Shown: positions 20,231-34,697, counted from the first letter of the stretch. The stretch is DNA of 64,000 nt from an uncultured Planctomycetaceae bacterium (GCA_963813715.1 CAWFAK010000017.1:1024001-1088000); one strand, 5' to 3'. Notes: generated by a model not told the origin, from the letters alone. Program-made: numbers and translations.

Positions 20231-22260
20231 CGGGCCGGATTAGAAAGACACATCGCTTCTCGCACGCAAGCGGCAATCACGGGAGCTTTCCCGTGGTGGA
20301 GTCGTGCGAAACTCAAATCGCGACAGAGGCCGCCACAGCGATCGAAATTGTCACCCGGAGCGGCAAACGCCTCGTGCGGCTGTTCGTGCAGAACGCCTTC
20401 CTCCGCGTCGGTCTGCTCGGGTTCGGCCACCTGGCCGTCTTCTTCCTCTCCTACTGGCTGGCCTTCTGCCTGCGATTTGACTTCGCGGTGCCGTCGGCCT
20501 CCGTCTCCGTCTTCTGGGGCACGCTCGCTTTCGTGCTGTCGCTCAAGATCTGCATCTTTTTCGGCGCGGGACATTTCCACGGCTGGTGGCGTTATGTGAC
20601 CTTCGCCGACTTGGCGTCGCTTTTGCGGGCCTCCCTCCTGTCCCTGCTGTGCATCAGCACCATTAATCACTTTTTCTTGGGAAGCCATATCCCTCGCTCG
20701 GTGGCGATCATGGACTGCGTGATCACCATCGTCATGATCGGTGCGTTGCGGGCGAGCTGGCGGCTGGTCCGCGAGCAGTTCTGGCCTCTCTTTCAGCAGG
20801 ACGATTGCCGGCCGGCCCTTCTCGTGGGCACGGACGATGCCACGGGCTTGCTGGCCCACCAGATTCGCACGCATCCGCAATCGCGGTATCGCATCCGGGG
20901 ATTTTTGGACGTCAACGGGGCTCGCGTCGGTTCGAGCTTGGGCGGTATTCCGGTCGTCGGCTCGCTGGACGATCTGCCGGCCGTCGCCGTCACTCGCCGC
21001 ATCACCGACATCCTGGTGATTGCCGGCAGCCTCACGGGCAAGCGTCTGCGGAGCCTGATGGATGCCTGCGACGAAGCCCGGCTCACGCTCAAAATTATTC
21101 CTGGTCCCGAAGACCTCTTCGACGGCGGACGCGAGGTCCCCATTCGCAGCATCGATATCAACGACTTGTTGCGACGCGACCCGATTCAGCTCGACAACAC
21201 GGCCATCGGCGACCTGATCGAAGGCCGCACCGTGATGGTGACCGGCGCCGGCGGCAGCATCGGCTCCGAGATTTGTCGGCAGGTGCTCCGCTTCAGCCCG
21301 CGGGCCTTGATCATGGTCGGCCGCGGCGAGAACCGACTCTTCACGCTCGACCGTGAACTCAAGACTGTCGGCTCCGGCGCCGAGCTGGTCTCGTGCATCG
21401 GCGACGTGACGGACGAAGGCCGCATGCGGCAACTCTTCGGCCGCTACACGCCCGACGTGGTCTTCCATGCCGCCGCTCACAAGCATGTGCCGCTGATGGA
21501 AGCCAACCCCGCCGAGGCCGTCAAGAACAACGTCGGCGGCACGCGCTGCGTCGCCGACCTGGCCGACGAGTTCGGCGTCGGCTGCTTCATCCTGATCTCG
21601 ACCGACAAGGCGGTTTACCCGGCCAATATCATGGGAGCGACCAAGCGGCTGGCCGAGCGCTACGTGCTCGCCCTGTCGGAAACCTCCTCGACGCGGTTTG
21701 TCGTCACGCGGTTTGGCAATGTGCTCGGCTCCAACGGCAGCGTCGTCCCGATCTTCCAGGAACAAATCCGCCGCGGTGGCCCGATCACCGTGACCGATCC
21801 GCGGATGACCCGCTACTTCATGACGATTCCCGAAGCGTCGCAACTGGTGTTGCAGGCGGCCGCGATGGGCAACGGCGGCGAGATCTTCGTGTTGGACATG
21901 GGCGAACCGGTCCGCATCGTCGACCTGGCCCGCGACCTGATCCGGCTGTCTGGCTTGCCCGAGCACGCGATCGAGATTGCGTATTCGGGAATTCGGCCCG
22001 GCGAGAAGCTTTACGAGAAGCTTTGCACCGAGGAGGAAGGCACTCTCCCCACCCGGCACGAGAAGGTGCGTGTCGCCTACCACCGCCCCGATTCCCTGAT
22101 GGCTGTTCGGCGCGACTTTTCCGAACTCCAACAGCGGCTTGACGATACGGATGACGTAATTCGAGCTAAGCTTGAAGAACTTTTGCCCGAGTACAACCCC
22201 GAGGGTCGGATGAGTCCCGAAAAGCAAACTTCGGCCGACGCGTCCCTTGCATCCTCATAG
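20227..22260 (+). CDS. Membrane-bound UDP-GlcNAc 4,6-dehydratase (CapD/PglF/EpsC family)
   Basis: Four TMs; VTGAGGSIGSEICRQ, FHAAAHKHVPLME, STDKAV, MGATKR, RFGNVLGSNGSV and GIRPGEKL. Confidence 0.93.
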   Translation: MTGRIRKTHRFSHASGNHGSFPVVESCETQIATEAATAIEIVTRSGKRLVRLFVQNAFLRVGLLGFGHLAVFFLSYWLAFCLRFDFAVPSASVSVFWGTLAFVLSLKICIFFGAGHFHGWWRYVTFADLASLLRASLLSLLCISTINHFFLGSHIPRSVAIMDCVITIVMIGALRASWRLVREQFWPLFQQDDCRPALLVGTDDATGLLAHQIRTHPQSRYRIRGFLDVNGARVGSSLGGIPVVGSLDDLPAVAVTRRITDILVIAGSLTGKRLRSLMDACDEARLTLKIIPGPEDLFDGGREVPIRSIDINDLLRRDPIQLDNTAIGDLIEGRTVMVTGAGGSIGSEICRQVLRFSPRALIMVGRGENRLFTLDRELKTVGSGAELVSCIGDVTDEGRMRQLFGRYTPDVVFHAAAHKHVPLMEANPAEAVKNNVGGTRCVADLADEFGVGCFILISTDKAVYPANIMGATKRLAERYVLALSETSSTRFVVTRFGNVLGSNGSVVPIFQEQIRRGGPITVTDPRMTRYFMTIPEASQLVLQAAAMGNGGEIFVLDMGEPVRIVDLARDLIRLSGLPEHAIEIAYSGIRPGEKLYEKLCTEEEGTLPTRHEKVRVAYHRPDSLMAVRRDFSELQQRLDDTDDVIRAKLEELLPEYNPEGRMSPEKQTSADASLASS

Positions 22261-22314
22261 CGCAACGACTGGGTCCATAACCCGACAGTCAGCGGAAAAA
22301 CTCGAAACCAACCT

Positions 22315-23729
22315 GTGACCACGCGTCCCGCAACCGCCGATAGCCAGGCTGCGATCGCCGAGCGCGATCCGCCATTGGCTGCTGAATTCCCGGTTGATGC
22401 GCCGAGTCCCGCTCCCGCCCTCGCAGAAAAGAAGTCGCAGGGATCGCTGCGATCCAACTTCTGGTGGATGCTGTCGGGAAATGCCGTCTACGCCCTGTGC
22501 CAGTGGGCACTCTTGGCAATTCTCGCCCGGCTGGGAACGCCGGCGATCGTGGGGCAGTACGTGCTGGCAGTGGCCGTCACCACGCCCATTACCGTCTTCT
22601 TCATGCTCCACCTGCGGGCGATCCAGGCAACCGACACGAAGCGGGATTATCAATTCGGTCATTACCTGGCGTTGCGGCTCTGTGCGATGGCGTTTGCCCT
22701 GGTCGTTGTCATCGGTGTCGGGCTGACGTCGGGTCACTCGGGGGACACGTTCCTCGTCATTACCGCGGTCGCCGTCTCTGCCGTTTGTGACTCGCTCAGC
22801 GACATCGTCTACGGGTTGCTGCAACAGCGGGAACGACTCGATCGGATCGGCCAGTCGATGATGTTGCGGGGGCTCGCCTCTGTCCTCCTGCTATCGGTGA
22901 CGATCGCCGCCACCGGCCGCGCGTTTTACGCAATTCTCGCGGTCGCCTGCGGCCGCTTGACGGTCTTGGCATTCTTCGACCTGCGCAACGCACGTCAAGA
23001 ACTCGCGCGAACGGGCAATCCCTGGCAGGCTTCGATCAAGCCGCGGTGGGAGCCGCGCCGGATGCTTCAGTTGGCCAAACTCGCCCTGCCCTTGGGGCTG
23101 GTGATGATGCTGGTCGTGCTGAGCACGAACATCCCGCGGTATTTCGTCGAGAGTTACGTGGACCAGGCCGCCCTGGGAATCTTCGGCGCCATTGGTTACC
23201 TCAGCGTCGCCGGAACGATGGCCGTGGGTGCGCTGGGAGACTCGGTCACACCGCAGCTCGCTCGCGATTACGCCTGCGGTCGTCGCCGCGAATTCGGACT
23301 GTTCGTGCTCCGTCTGGCTGGGCTCGGTGCGGCGTTGGGCGCGGCCGGCGTGCTCGTCGCCCTGGTCGCCGGCGGGCCGCTCCTGAAGATTCTGTACGGG
23401 CCCGTCTATGCCGAACGGACCGACGTTCTGATTCTGACCATGATCGCGGCGGGCATCGGCTACGTCGCTTCGTTCTCGGGATACGCGGTCACCGCAGCCC
23501 GCTTTTTCCGGCGCAATTGCCGCTGTTCGCGGCCGTCGCTCTCGTCACCGCTCTCGGATGCTGGTGGCTGGTTCCCCGGTGGGGACTGCGGGGTGCGGCC
23601 GTGGCATTGGCCCTTTCGGCGCTGACGCAACTCCTCGGCTCCGGGCTGATCCTTATCTACGCCCTGCGCGCGAACACGGACGACGAGTCCTCGCTGCGAG
23701 CCGACGGCCTGTCGAGGTGCGCATCATGA
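22315..23729 (+). CDS. wzx: Oligosaccharide flippase, frameshift near 23505
   Basis: Multi-TM MOP-type protein (NFWWMLSGNAVYALCQW, NIPRYF, P.WGL.GAAVA in the second frame) inside the cluster. Confidence 0.85.
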
Positions 23730-24960
23730 GTACGAATCACCCGATTCGCGTGCTGCACGTTTTCGGCGCGCTCAATCGCGCCGGGGCCGAGACCTGGCTC
23801 ATGAACGTGCTGCGTAATATTGACCGCGAGCGATTTCAGCTCGATTTCGTCGTTCACACGACTGTCCCCGGTGCGTACGACCCGGAAGTTCGCCGCGCTC
23901 GGTGGCCGGATCTTTCCCTGCCTAGGCACGCGGAATCCCTTGCGGTACGGCCGCAACCTGAAGGCCATCCTGGAAACCGCCGGTCCTTTCGACGTCGTCC
24001 ACAGCCATGTTCATAACTACTCGGGCTTCGTGCTGCGAACGGCGCGGCAAACGGGCGTCCCGATCCGAATCGCTCACAGTCATTGCGACACGTCACTGTT
24101 CGACAACCAAGCCGGCGCGCCACGGCGGGCCTATCTGAAACTGATGAATTGGTGGCTGCACCGGCACACCACCCTCGGGTTGGCGGTGAGTCGCTGCGCA
24201 GCCGATTCGCTCTTTGGCGCAAATTGGTCGAGCGATCCGCGGTTTCGCATCTCTTATTGCGGCATCGATCTCGCCCCCTTCCGCGCTCAGGCGGATCGCA
24301 AGGCCGTTCGCGGCGAATTCAACATTCCCGAAAACAGCTTCGTCGTCGGCCACGTCGGGCGATTCGACTACCAGAAGAATCACAAGTTCCTCATCGAAAT
24401 CTTCGCCGCCCTGGTGAAACGGAAGCCCGAAGCTCGGCTGCTGTTGATCGGTGAAGGGCCGCTCCGACCCGAGATCGAAGCCCAAGTCGCGCAGGCACAA
24501 CTGCAGAGACCGCGTGATCTTCGCCGGTCCGCGGCCCGATGTCCCGCGGCTGATGACGGCGGCCATGGACGCGTTCGTCTTCCCGTCGCATTTCGAGGGA
24601 CTGCCCCTCGTGCTGCTCGAAGCCCAAGCGGCGGGCTTGCCGTGTCTGCTCGCAGACACCGTCGCCGAGGAGACCACCGTCAATTCAGCGCTTGTGCGTC
24701 GTTTGTCGCTCTCGCAGACCCCGCAGACCTGGTGCGACGAATTGGCCGTACTGTGTCATTCGCTCGCAGGCCGCACTCGCCAGGAAGCGGTGAGCGTAAT
24801 CGAGCAGAGCCCGTTCAATATCGATGTGGGAGTGGCCCGGCTGCAGGAGTTTTACCGCGGCGAACAAAACGCGCTGAGCAGTTCCGCGGCCCAAGCCACC
24901 CCCGTAATCGACCGGTCGTTCATTGAGTCGCATCCGCAACCGTTAGAGGCCGTTTCCTAA
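23726..24960 (+). CDS. GT4 glycosyltransferase (EpsF-like), frameshifts near 23890 and 24505
   Basis: IRVLHVFGALNRAGAETWLMN, VVHSH, IAHSH, GHVGRFDYQKNHKFL and FPSHFEGLPLVLLEAQAAGLP, over three frames. Confidence 0.88.
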
Positions 24961-24972
24961 AGTCGTCCGACC

Positions 24973-26504
24973 ATGATTGCCGCTGTCACTACTCAACGTC
25001 GCGAACCGTCCGCCGTGCCGCTCCTGCAGGCCGTCTTTGTGGGCTTGCTGGTGTTGGGCGGGTTGGTCGTTCCGTCGCTCGACCTGGATGCGGCCTCGCT
25101 CGTCTATCCACTCTGCTGCCTGATCCTGGCCCACGGCGTCTGGTCGGTTCTTTCTTGGGCGCGGATCACGCGTAGCTGGTTTGACTGCTACAACTTGTTC
25201 CTGATCGCGGCGACGCTCTTCAACGCCGGTCAGGCCTGTCTCGAGGTGTTCGGCCTCAACCAAGAGTCCATGCTGGGCGGACAGTTTTCGCCCGTCACTC
25301 TCGATCGCACCTTGTACGTGGTGTTGCTTGGCCTGGCCGCCATGCATCTGGGTGCGGTGGTCGCCGCCGTTCGGGCTCCGCGCCGAGTCGAATCGACGCA
25401 AGTCGATCTGGACGCAGTGCGTGTCAGTCTGCGTACGGTCGGCTGGATCCTGCTGCTGGTTTCGCTCCCCTTCACGGCACTCGTGATCCGGGAAGAACTG
25501 GCCGTGGTGGCGTCGGGCGGCTACTTCGCCTTGTATCAGCAACAGGCGGCCACCGGTTTGAACGCGGGCCACCTGGTGCTTTCGATCTGCTTGATTCCCG
25601 GCACGCTGTTCCTGCTGGCCGGCGCCAGTCGCAATCCGTGGCAGCGACTCGTAGCCGTCGGCGTCATCGGCGGATACGCGGCCATCCAGTTTTATCTCGG
25701 TGTTCGCCACGAGGCGGCCATTCTGGCGGTCGAAGCGGCTTGGGTGTGGCACCGGCTCGTGCGGCCCATCCGTCCGGCGCTCCTGCTCGGAGCGGCCGCG
25801 GTCCTGATCGCGGTCGTCTTTCCGCTCGTCGGTGCCGTGCGAAACACCAGCGGCAAAGACCGCTCGAGCTTCGAGTACCTCACGCAGAACTTCAGAGACG
25901 ATCGACAACCCGCTCGTGGCCAGCATCAGCGAGATGGGCGGCTCGATGGAAACCGTCGCACACACCCTCAACTTCGTCCCCGCTCGAGCGCGATTACGAA
26001 ATGGGCGTGGGCTACGCGTACGCCGTCTCGACCTTGTTCCCGAATCTGTTTTGGAAGATTCATCCGGCGATGGAGCACGAGCTGCCGAGCAGCTGGCTCA
26101 CCTGGCAAGTCGACCCCTACACGGCCAGCCAGGGCGGCGGCTTGGGTTTCTCGTTCATCGCCGAGGCCTATTTCAACTTCGGCTACATCGGCGTGCCCGT
26201 GGTCCTCTTCGGCTGCGGGTACTTCCTCAGCAAGCTGGCCCGATGGTCCCGTGGCGTGCGACCGGACCGAGTGGCCCTCGTCGCCACGGCGGCATGCTTT
26301 GCGATCTTTCTGGTTCGTGCCGAGTTGGCCGTCGTGCTGCGAGGCGTCATCTGGTACTCGATCGGCCCTTATCTGGCCACTGTTTGGCTCACGCGTCGCC
26401 GCATGGCCCAGTTGGCCCCGCCAATCGACATCCCAGCAATCAACCGCCGACTCGAGCCGTCACTGCCGTCTTCGCGGCTCAGCGGTTCCATTGGAAACAA
26501 CTAG
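24973..26504 (+). CDS. wzy: O-antigen/polysaccharide polymerase, frameshifts near 25895 and 25985
   Basis: About 10 TM segments; EMGGSMETVAHT and GGGLGFSFIAEAYFNFGYIG motifs. Confidence 0.8.
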
Positions 26505-26516
26505 AGACTGTCGGTC

Positions 26517-27752
26517 ATGAAAGTTTGTGTCGCACTTGAACAGCGGTTTTACAGAACGCCGGACCGCGCCGTCTGGACCGACGGACCGTGCGCCCGTCCG
26601 TTCTGGGATCGCTATCTCGAAGTCTTCGACGAAGTGCAGGCGATCGCCCGCGTGAAGCCCGTCGATCAACGACCGGCCAACGTGCTGCGGGCCGACGGCG
26701 ACGGCGTCGCCTTCGCGCCCGTGACCTATTACATCGGGCCGCGCGAGTACCTGCAAAAAGCGACGGCCGTGCGCAAATCGGTCATCGCCGGAGCCGGAAC
26801 AGCCGACGCCATCATGTTGCGCGTGCCCTCGAATCTCGCCTCGGTGCTCGTGCCGACGCTCGTCCGCCGCGGTCAGCCGTTCGCCGCGGAAGTCGTCGGC
26901 GACCCGTACGATGCCTTCTCGCCCGGGGCCGTCAAGCATCCGCTGCGGCCGTTCTTGCGGCGATGGTTCGCCCGCGAGTTGCGGCAGCACTGCCGCCAGG
27001 CGTTCGCGGCGGCTTACGTCACGGCCGAGGCGCTGCAGCGACGCTATCCCGTCGGGCCCAACGGCCGGAGCTTCTACTTCTCCGACGTGCAACTGAGCGG
27101 TCTCACGGCTGAGTCTCCGCGGCCGCTGACGCAGAAAACATCCTGGAAGTTGATCTCAGTCGGCTCACTGGAACACCTCTACAAAGCCCAGGACGTGCAG
27201 ATCGACGCCGTCGCCCGCTGCCGCCAGCAGGGCCTCGACGTGGAGTTGATTCTCGTCGGCGACGGGCAGCATCGGCCCGCATTGGCCGAGCGAGCCGCGC
27301 GGCTCGGCATTGCCGCGAATGTTCACTTCCGGGGGCAACTTGCGTCCGGCGAACCGATTCGGGACGAGCTGGATCAGGCCGATCTCTTCCTGCTGCCGTC
27401 GCGGCAAGAGGGACTGCCCCGGGCGATGATCGAAGCGATGGCCCGGGCCCTGCCCTGCCTCGGCTCCACAGTCGGCGGCATTCCCGAGCTTCTACCACCC
27501 GAAGACATGGTGCCGCCCGGCGACGCGGAGGCCCTTGCCCAAGAGATCAAAGAGTTCGTCACCGATCCCGCGCGGATGCAACGCACGTCGGCCGTCAACT
27601 TGGTCCGCGCCGGCGACTTCCAGGAGGAGGTGCTCCGCGAGCGGCGCCTCGAGTTTTACCGTTACGTCCGCGAACAGACCCAAGAGTGGCTCGCCCGCCG
27701 CCAGACAGCGAGAGGGACAGGAACAGCGAGCCTCGTGACTGCAAACTCCTAG
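26517..27752 (+). CDS. GT4 glycosyltransferase
   Basis: ISVGSLEHLYK, LVGDG, LPSRQEGLPRAMIEAMA and VGGIPELL. Confidence 0.92.
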   Translation: MKVCVALEQRFYRTPDRAVWTDGPCARPFWDRYLEVFDEVQAIARVKPVDQRPANVLRADGDGVAFAPVTYYIGPREYLQKATAVRKSVIAGAGTADAIMLRVPSNLASVLVPTLVRRGQPFAAEVVGDPYDAFSPGAVKHPLRPFLRRWFARELRQHCRQAFAAAYVTAEALQRRYPVGPNGRSFYFSDVQLSGLTAESPRPLTQKTSWKLISVGSLEHLYKAQDVQIDAVARCRQQGLDVELILVGDGQHRPALAERAARLGIAANVHFRGQLASGEPIRDELDQADLFLLPSRQEGLPRAMIEAMARALPCLGSTVGGIPELLPPEDMVPPGDAEALAQEIKEFVTDPARMQRTSAVNLVRAGDFQEEVLRERRLEFYRYVREQTQEWLARRQTARGTGTASLVTANS

Positions 27753-27773
27753 TCGCCAACCAGACAAACCCGC

Positions 27774-30292
<2,519 letters not shown>

Positions 30293-30296
<4 letters not shown>

Positions 30297-31053
30297 AAAG
30301 CTCTCCGGCAGTCATGGATACCTTTGAACCCAAATTTCGGTCACAGGAATTGCGTGCCCAGGTGCGTGCAGGGGGCAGCGCCATTCAGCGGTGTGCCAAG
30401 CGAGCGAGCGACGTCACCGGCGCCATCGTCGGACTGATCGTGCTCTCCCCGGTCTTTGCCCTCGTGGCTCTGGCTGTGTGGGCGCGAATGGGACGACCAG
30501 TCCTGTTTCGGCAAGTGCGGGCCGGCCGCAACGAACAACCATTTCGCCTCTTCAAATTCCGTACGATGACCAACGACCGCGAACCAACCGGCGAGCTGCT
30601 GCCCGATTCGGTCCGCCTGACGCGCTGGGCCGCTTCCTCAGGAGCACGAGCCTAGACGAGCTGCCCCAGTTGATCAACGTGGTGATGGGCGATCTGTCGC
30701 TCGTCGGCCCGCGTCCGCTACCGATGCGGTATCTGCCGCGCTATACGAGTCGCCAGCAGCTGAGACATCGCGTGCGGCCCGGCATTACCGGACTGGCGCA
30801 GGTCAATGGACGCAACCAGTTGGATTGGGAGCGTCGGCTCGAACTGGACGTGACTTATTACGAGCGGTTCTCGATCTGGCTCGACGTGAAAATTCTGGCG
30901 GCAACAGTCCGCGAGGTCGCGCTGCGGCGAGGGGCTTCCGACAGCGCAGAAACGCAAGAGTTCTGGGGGACGCATGGCAAACCCGCCAACAGTCCCAACA
31001 GTTATCCGGTGGAAGAGAACGAACTCGCACAGTTGAGCAGCAAGACTGTCTGA
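30293..31053 (+). CDS. Initiating phosphoglycosyl transferase (PglC/EpsL-like), frameshift near 30628
   Basis: KRASD, PVLFRQ.R.G, KFRTM, SLDELPQLINV, LVGPRP and RPGITGLAQVNGRN. Confidence 0.92.
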
Positions 31054-31108
31054 GAAACAGGGCGAACGCGGCGCGACGCCGCAAGCGAACGATGGGACCA
31101 AGTGGCGA

Positions 31109-32224
31109 ATGTTGTGGGACTTGGTAGAACCGGGCTCCGAACTCTGGACGGCCGCCCTGCGCGATCTCCGGCACGATTTCTATCATTTGCCGGAATACGT
31201 ACGGCTCAGCGTCGGCCTCTACGACGGAGGGAGGCCCCGCGCCTTCATCGCCCGCGACGACGACGGCCTGTTCCTGTTGCCGCTGATCCTGCGACCGATC
31301 GAGATCGGGTCTCAAGATCCGCAGCTTTTCGATGCGATCAGCCCGTACGGCTATCCCTCGCCGATCGTGTCGGTTCGTCCCGGTTGTGACGAAGGCCAGT
31401 TCCTGGATCGGGCCATCGGAATGCTGGTCGAATGCCTGGGGCAGTCGCAGGTGGTGAGCGTGTTTTGCCGTCTGCACCCGATGCTGCCCCTGCCGGCAGA
31501 GCCGCTGTCCCGCTGGGGAACCGTGATCGAGCACGGTCCGACTGTCTATTGCGACCTGCACATGCCCCAAGCGGAGCTGTGGTCATCGACGCGGGAGACG
31601 GTCCGCCGCCAGATCCGCCGCCTTGAAAAGCGCGGATTCTTCGCCGAGGAAGACACGACCTGGCGGCATTATGACGCCTTCCAGAAGGTCTACACCGACA
31701 CCATGCGTCGGGTGGGGGCGACCGAGTGGTACTTTTTCGACAGCGATCACTTCGAGGACTTGCGCCAGGCGCTCGTCGATCAACTGCACCTGATCGTCGT
31801 CCGCAACGAGGAATTGGTGATTTGCGCGGGTCTGTTTGCGGAAACGTGCGGAATCGTGCAGTATCACCTGGCCGGCACGGGTGACGGGTATGAAAAAAGC
31901 GACGCGTCGAAATTATTGATTCATTACGCCCGCCAATGGGCCCAAGAACGCGGAAATGACGTGCTCCACCTGGGCGGAGGCGTCGGAGCGGCGCATGATT
32001 CTTTGCTGCACTTCAAAGGAGCCTTTTCCAAGCTTCAGAGCACGTTCCGCACCTGGCGGCTGATCGTGGACGAAAATGCCTACCGCGCGTTGGTCGCCGA
32101 AAACCGAGCCCAAGCGGCAGTAATTGAAGAAGAGGCTTCTGGCAGCTTTTTTCCGGAGTATCGAATCGACTATCCTCGATCGGTTTCCCGCGAGGGACAA
32201 GAAGCTTCCGCGCTGCAAAAATAA
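31109..32224 (+). CDS. GNAT/FemAB-like acyltransferase
   Basis: HDFYHLPEY, DAISPYGY, YTDTMRRVGA..WYFF, QYHLAG and LHLGGGVG...LLHFK. Confidence 0.8.
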   Translation: MLWDLVEPGSELWTAALRDLRHDFYHLPEYVRLSVGLYDGGRPRAFIARDDDGLFLLPLILRPIEIGSQDPQLFDAISPYGYPSPIVSVRPGCDEGQFLDRAIGMLVECLGQSQVVSVFCRLHPMLPLPAEPLSRWGTVIEHGPTVYCDLHMPQAELWSSTRETVRRQIRRLEKRGFFAEEDTTWRHYDAFQKVYTDTMRRVGATEWYFFDSDHFEDLRQALVDQLHLIVVRNEELVICAGLFAETCGIVQYHLAGTGDGYEKSDASKLLIHYARQWAQERGNDVLHLGGGVGAAHDSLLHFKGAFSKLQSTFRTWRLIVDENAYRALVAENRAQAAVIEEEASGSFFPEYRIDYPRSVSREGQEASALQK

Positions 32225-32302
32225 GGCGTGGCGATCGCGGACCGATCGCTGATTCCACGGGAAGGATCGACGTTGTGATTGTGCGATGAGTGCCCAATCA
32301 TT

Positions 32303-33346
32303 ATGAACGTTCTCCTCACTTGTGCCGGCCGGCGTAACTTTCTGGTCAAATTCTTCCAGAGCGCACTGGCAGGCCGCGGGCGCGTCGTCGCCTGTGACAC
32401 CAGCATGGCCGCCCCGGCCCTTTCTGCCGCGGACGAGGGGCTGCTCGTTCCGTCCATGCACGATCCGGGCTACTTCGACGCGCTCTTGTCGCTCTGCCAG
32501 GAACAGCACATTCGCCTCTTGATCTCCGTGAACGACCTCGAGCTGGGTGGGCTGGCTCGCCGGGCCGAGGAATTTCGCGAGGTCGGCACGACTGTTGTGG
32601 TGTCTGACTCCAGAGTCATCGCTCAGTGTCAGGACAAGTGGAAGACGTTCCAACTCTTGCGCGAGTCCGACATCGCGACTCCCGACACCTACCTGACTCC
32701 GGCCGACGTGCGGCAAGCCCTGGCTCGCGGAGCGCTCAAGTTCCCGATCATCGTCAAGCCCCGCTGGGGATCAAGCTCGATCGGCTTCGAGCGCATCGAA
32801 AACGACCGCGAGCTGTCGCTGGCCTACGAATGGGGCATGATCCAGGTCCGCCGCTCAATCTTCTGGAACCTGAGCGAGGGAGATTGCGACGAGTGCCTCG
32901 TCTTCCAGCAGCAACTCTGCGGCGACGAATACGGCATGGACGTGGTGAATGACCTCGAAGGTCGCCACATCGCCACGCTGGTGCGGCGGAAGATGGTGAT
33001 GCGCTGCGGCAATACCGACCGCGCGATGACCGTCTCCGATCAGCCGCTCGAGCGGCTGGGGCAGGTGATTGGGCGTCGCCTGGGGCACATCGGCAGCCTC
33101 GATTGTGACGTGATGATGACCGAGGCGGGGCCTCAGGTGCTCGATCTCAACCCGCGAATCGGTGGGGGCTACCCGTTCTCGCACGTTGCCGGCGCGAACC
33201 TGCCGGCCGCTCTGATCGCTTGGGCCAACGGTGAAGAGCCTGATCCCGCCTGGTTCAAACCAAGGGCGGGAGTGGTCGCTTCAAGATGTGACGAAATGAT
33301 GATTGTCAATTCGGTTGAAAGCAACGCGAGGAGAGTCCTGTGTTGA
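32303..33346 (+). CDS. ATP-grasp ligase (carbamoyl-phosphate-synthase-like, polysaccharide-cluster type)
   Basis: MNVLLTCAGRR, CQDKW, FPIIVKPRWGSSSIG, EYGMDV and LNPRIGGGYPFSH. Confidence 0.88.
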   Translation: MNVLLTCAGRRNFLVKFFQSALAGRGRVVACDTSMAAPALSAADEGLLVPSMHDPGYFDALLSLCQEQHIRLLISVNDLELGGLARRAEEFREVGTTVVVSDSRVIAQCQDKWKTFQLLRESDIATPDTYLTPADVRQALARGALKFPIIVKPRWGSSSIGFERIENDRELSLAYEWGMIQVRRSIFWNLSEGDCDECLVFQQQLCGDEYGMDVVNDLEGRHIATLVRRKMVMRCGNTDRAMTVSDQPLERLGQVIGRRLGHIGSLDCDVMMTEAGPQVLDLNPRIGGGYPFSHVAGANLPAALIAWANGEEPDPAWFKPRAGVVASRCDEMMIVNSVESNARRVLC

Positions 33347-34578
33347 ATTCTCATTCACAATGTCAGTTTGCGGTCGTGGGCGCAGGTCCGTACGGTTTGG
33401 CCGTCGGTGCTCACTTGCGTGCCCGTGGACTCGACGTGCGGATCTTCGGCAAGCCGATGGACTTCTGGGCCAGCCAGATGCCCAAAGGGATGCTGCTGCG
33501 TTCGCCGCGCACGGGATCGCACATCTCCGATCCGACCAGCGCCTTCTCGCTCGAGAATTACGAGACTGCCCGCAGCTGCCGCATCCCCAAGTCGATGCCG
33601 CTGGAAATGTTTGTCGATTACGGCCGCTGGTTCCAATCGCAGGCCCTGCCCGACCTCGACCAGCGGCATGTCGAAGAGATCGACCAGGCCGCCGACGGGT
33701 TCACGCTGACTTTGGACGACGGCGAGCAGCTCGAGGCCCGCAACGTCGTCGTGGCGACGGGAATCGGCTCCTTCCCGAATTATCCGGTCGCCTTCGCGTC
33801 GCTGCCCAAGGAACTGGCCTCCCACACGAGCGACCGAGCAAACGCCGACCTGGGCCGCTTCGCCGGCAAACGCGTCGCCGTGATTGGCGGCGGCCAAAGC
33901 GCGCTCGAATCGACGGCCCTCTTGTTGGAAAACGGGGCCGAGGTGGACGTGCTGGTCCGGCAGCCGATCGTGCGCTGGCTGAAGAACAGCGCCTGGCTGG
34001 AACAGTTGATGGACCTGCCGATCAATCCGTTCCAAGTGCCCGGCAAGATCGGGCCGCTCGGAATCAACTGGCTGGTCGAGAACCCGCGGCTCTTCACCGC
34101 GTTTCCCCGATCGGTCCAGGACCGGATGGCAGCTCGAGCGATTCGCTCGGCCGGCAGCAGCTGGCTGCGGCCCCGCACGACCCGCGCCGCATTCAAGCCG
34201 GGAACGCACGTCGTTTCGGCCTCGGCCCGCGGCGACAAAGTGCACCTGCAACTGAACGACGGGAAAGAAAGCACCGTCGATCACGTGCTCTTGGGCACCG
34301 GCTACCGCGTCTCCGTGGCGCGGATGAACTTCCTGGCGGCCGACTTGTCGCAGGCGATTCACACGGTGAAAGGCTACCCGGTCCTCAACCGGGGCTTCGA
34401 GTCGTCCATTCGCGGGCTGTACTTCGTCGGTGCCAGCGGCGCCTACTCGTTCGGCCCGCTCTGCCGCTTCGTCGCCGGAACGCCCTACACGGCTCCGACG
34501 ATTGCCAACTTCGCGGCGAAACAGGCGAAGAAGCAATCACGCCGCAGCCTGACCGTCGTCGAGCCCCAGCGAGCCTGA
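33340..34578 (+). CDS. FAD/NAD(P)-dependent oxidoreductase (flavin monooxygenase/TrxB-like)
   Basis: VVGAGPYGL, MPKGMLLRS, VIGGGQSALE, LGTGY, FESS..GLYFVG and FGPLCRFVAG. Confidence 0.85.
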   Translation: MLNSHSQCQFAVVGAGPYGLAVGAHLRARGLDVRIFGKPMDFWASQMPKGMLLRSPRTGSHISDPTSAFSLENYETARSCRIPKSMPLEMFVDYGRWFQSQALPDLDQRHVEEIDQAADGFTLTLDDGEQLEARNVVVATGIGSFPNYPVAFASLPKELASHTSDRANADLGRFAGKRVAVIGGGQSALESTALLLENGAEVDVLVRQPIVRWLKNSAWLEQLMDLPINPFQVPGKIGPLGINWLVENPRLFTAFPRSVQDRMAARAIRSAGSSWLRPRTTRAAFKPGTHVVSASARGDKVHLQLNDGKESTVDHVLLGTGYRVSVARMNFLAADLSQAIHTVKGYPVLNRGFESSIRGLYFVGASGAYSFGPLCRFVAGTPYTAPTIANFAAKQAKKQSRRSLTVVEPQRA

Positions 34579-34653
34579 TTGCTCGAGTCGAGCCGCAGCG
34601 AGCCTAATCGCTCGGGGCGACCGACGGTTGCCAAACCGTGAGACGGTCAAACG

Positions 34654-34697
34654 AAAAAGTCCCCAGCCGGCGAATCCGCCGTCGGCTGGGGATTTTT
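34654..34697. terminator. Bidirectional rho-independent terminator
   Basis: AAAAAGTCCCCAGCCGGCG...CGTCGGCTGGGGATTTTT between convergent operons. Confidence 0.85.

Noticed and set aside
20059..22227. Long antisense ORFs (e.g. 722 aa here, 685 aa at 27492-29549, 556 aa at 36699-38369)
   Set aside because: These are shadow ORFs opposite well-supported high-GC genes and have no recognisable motifs.
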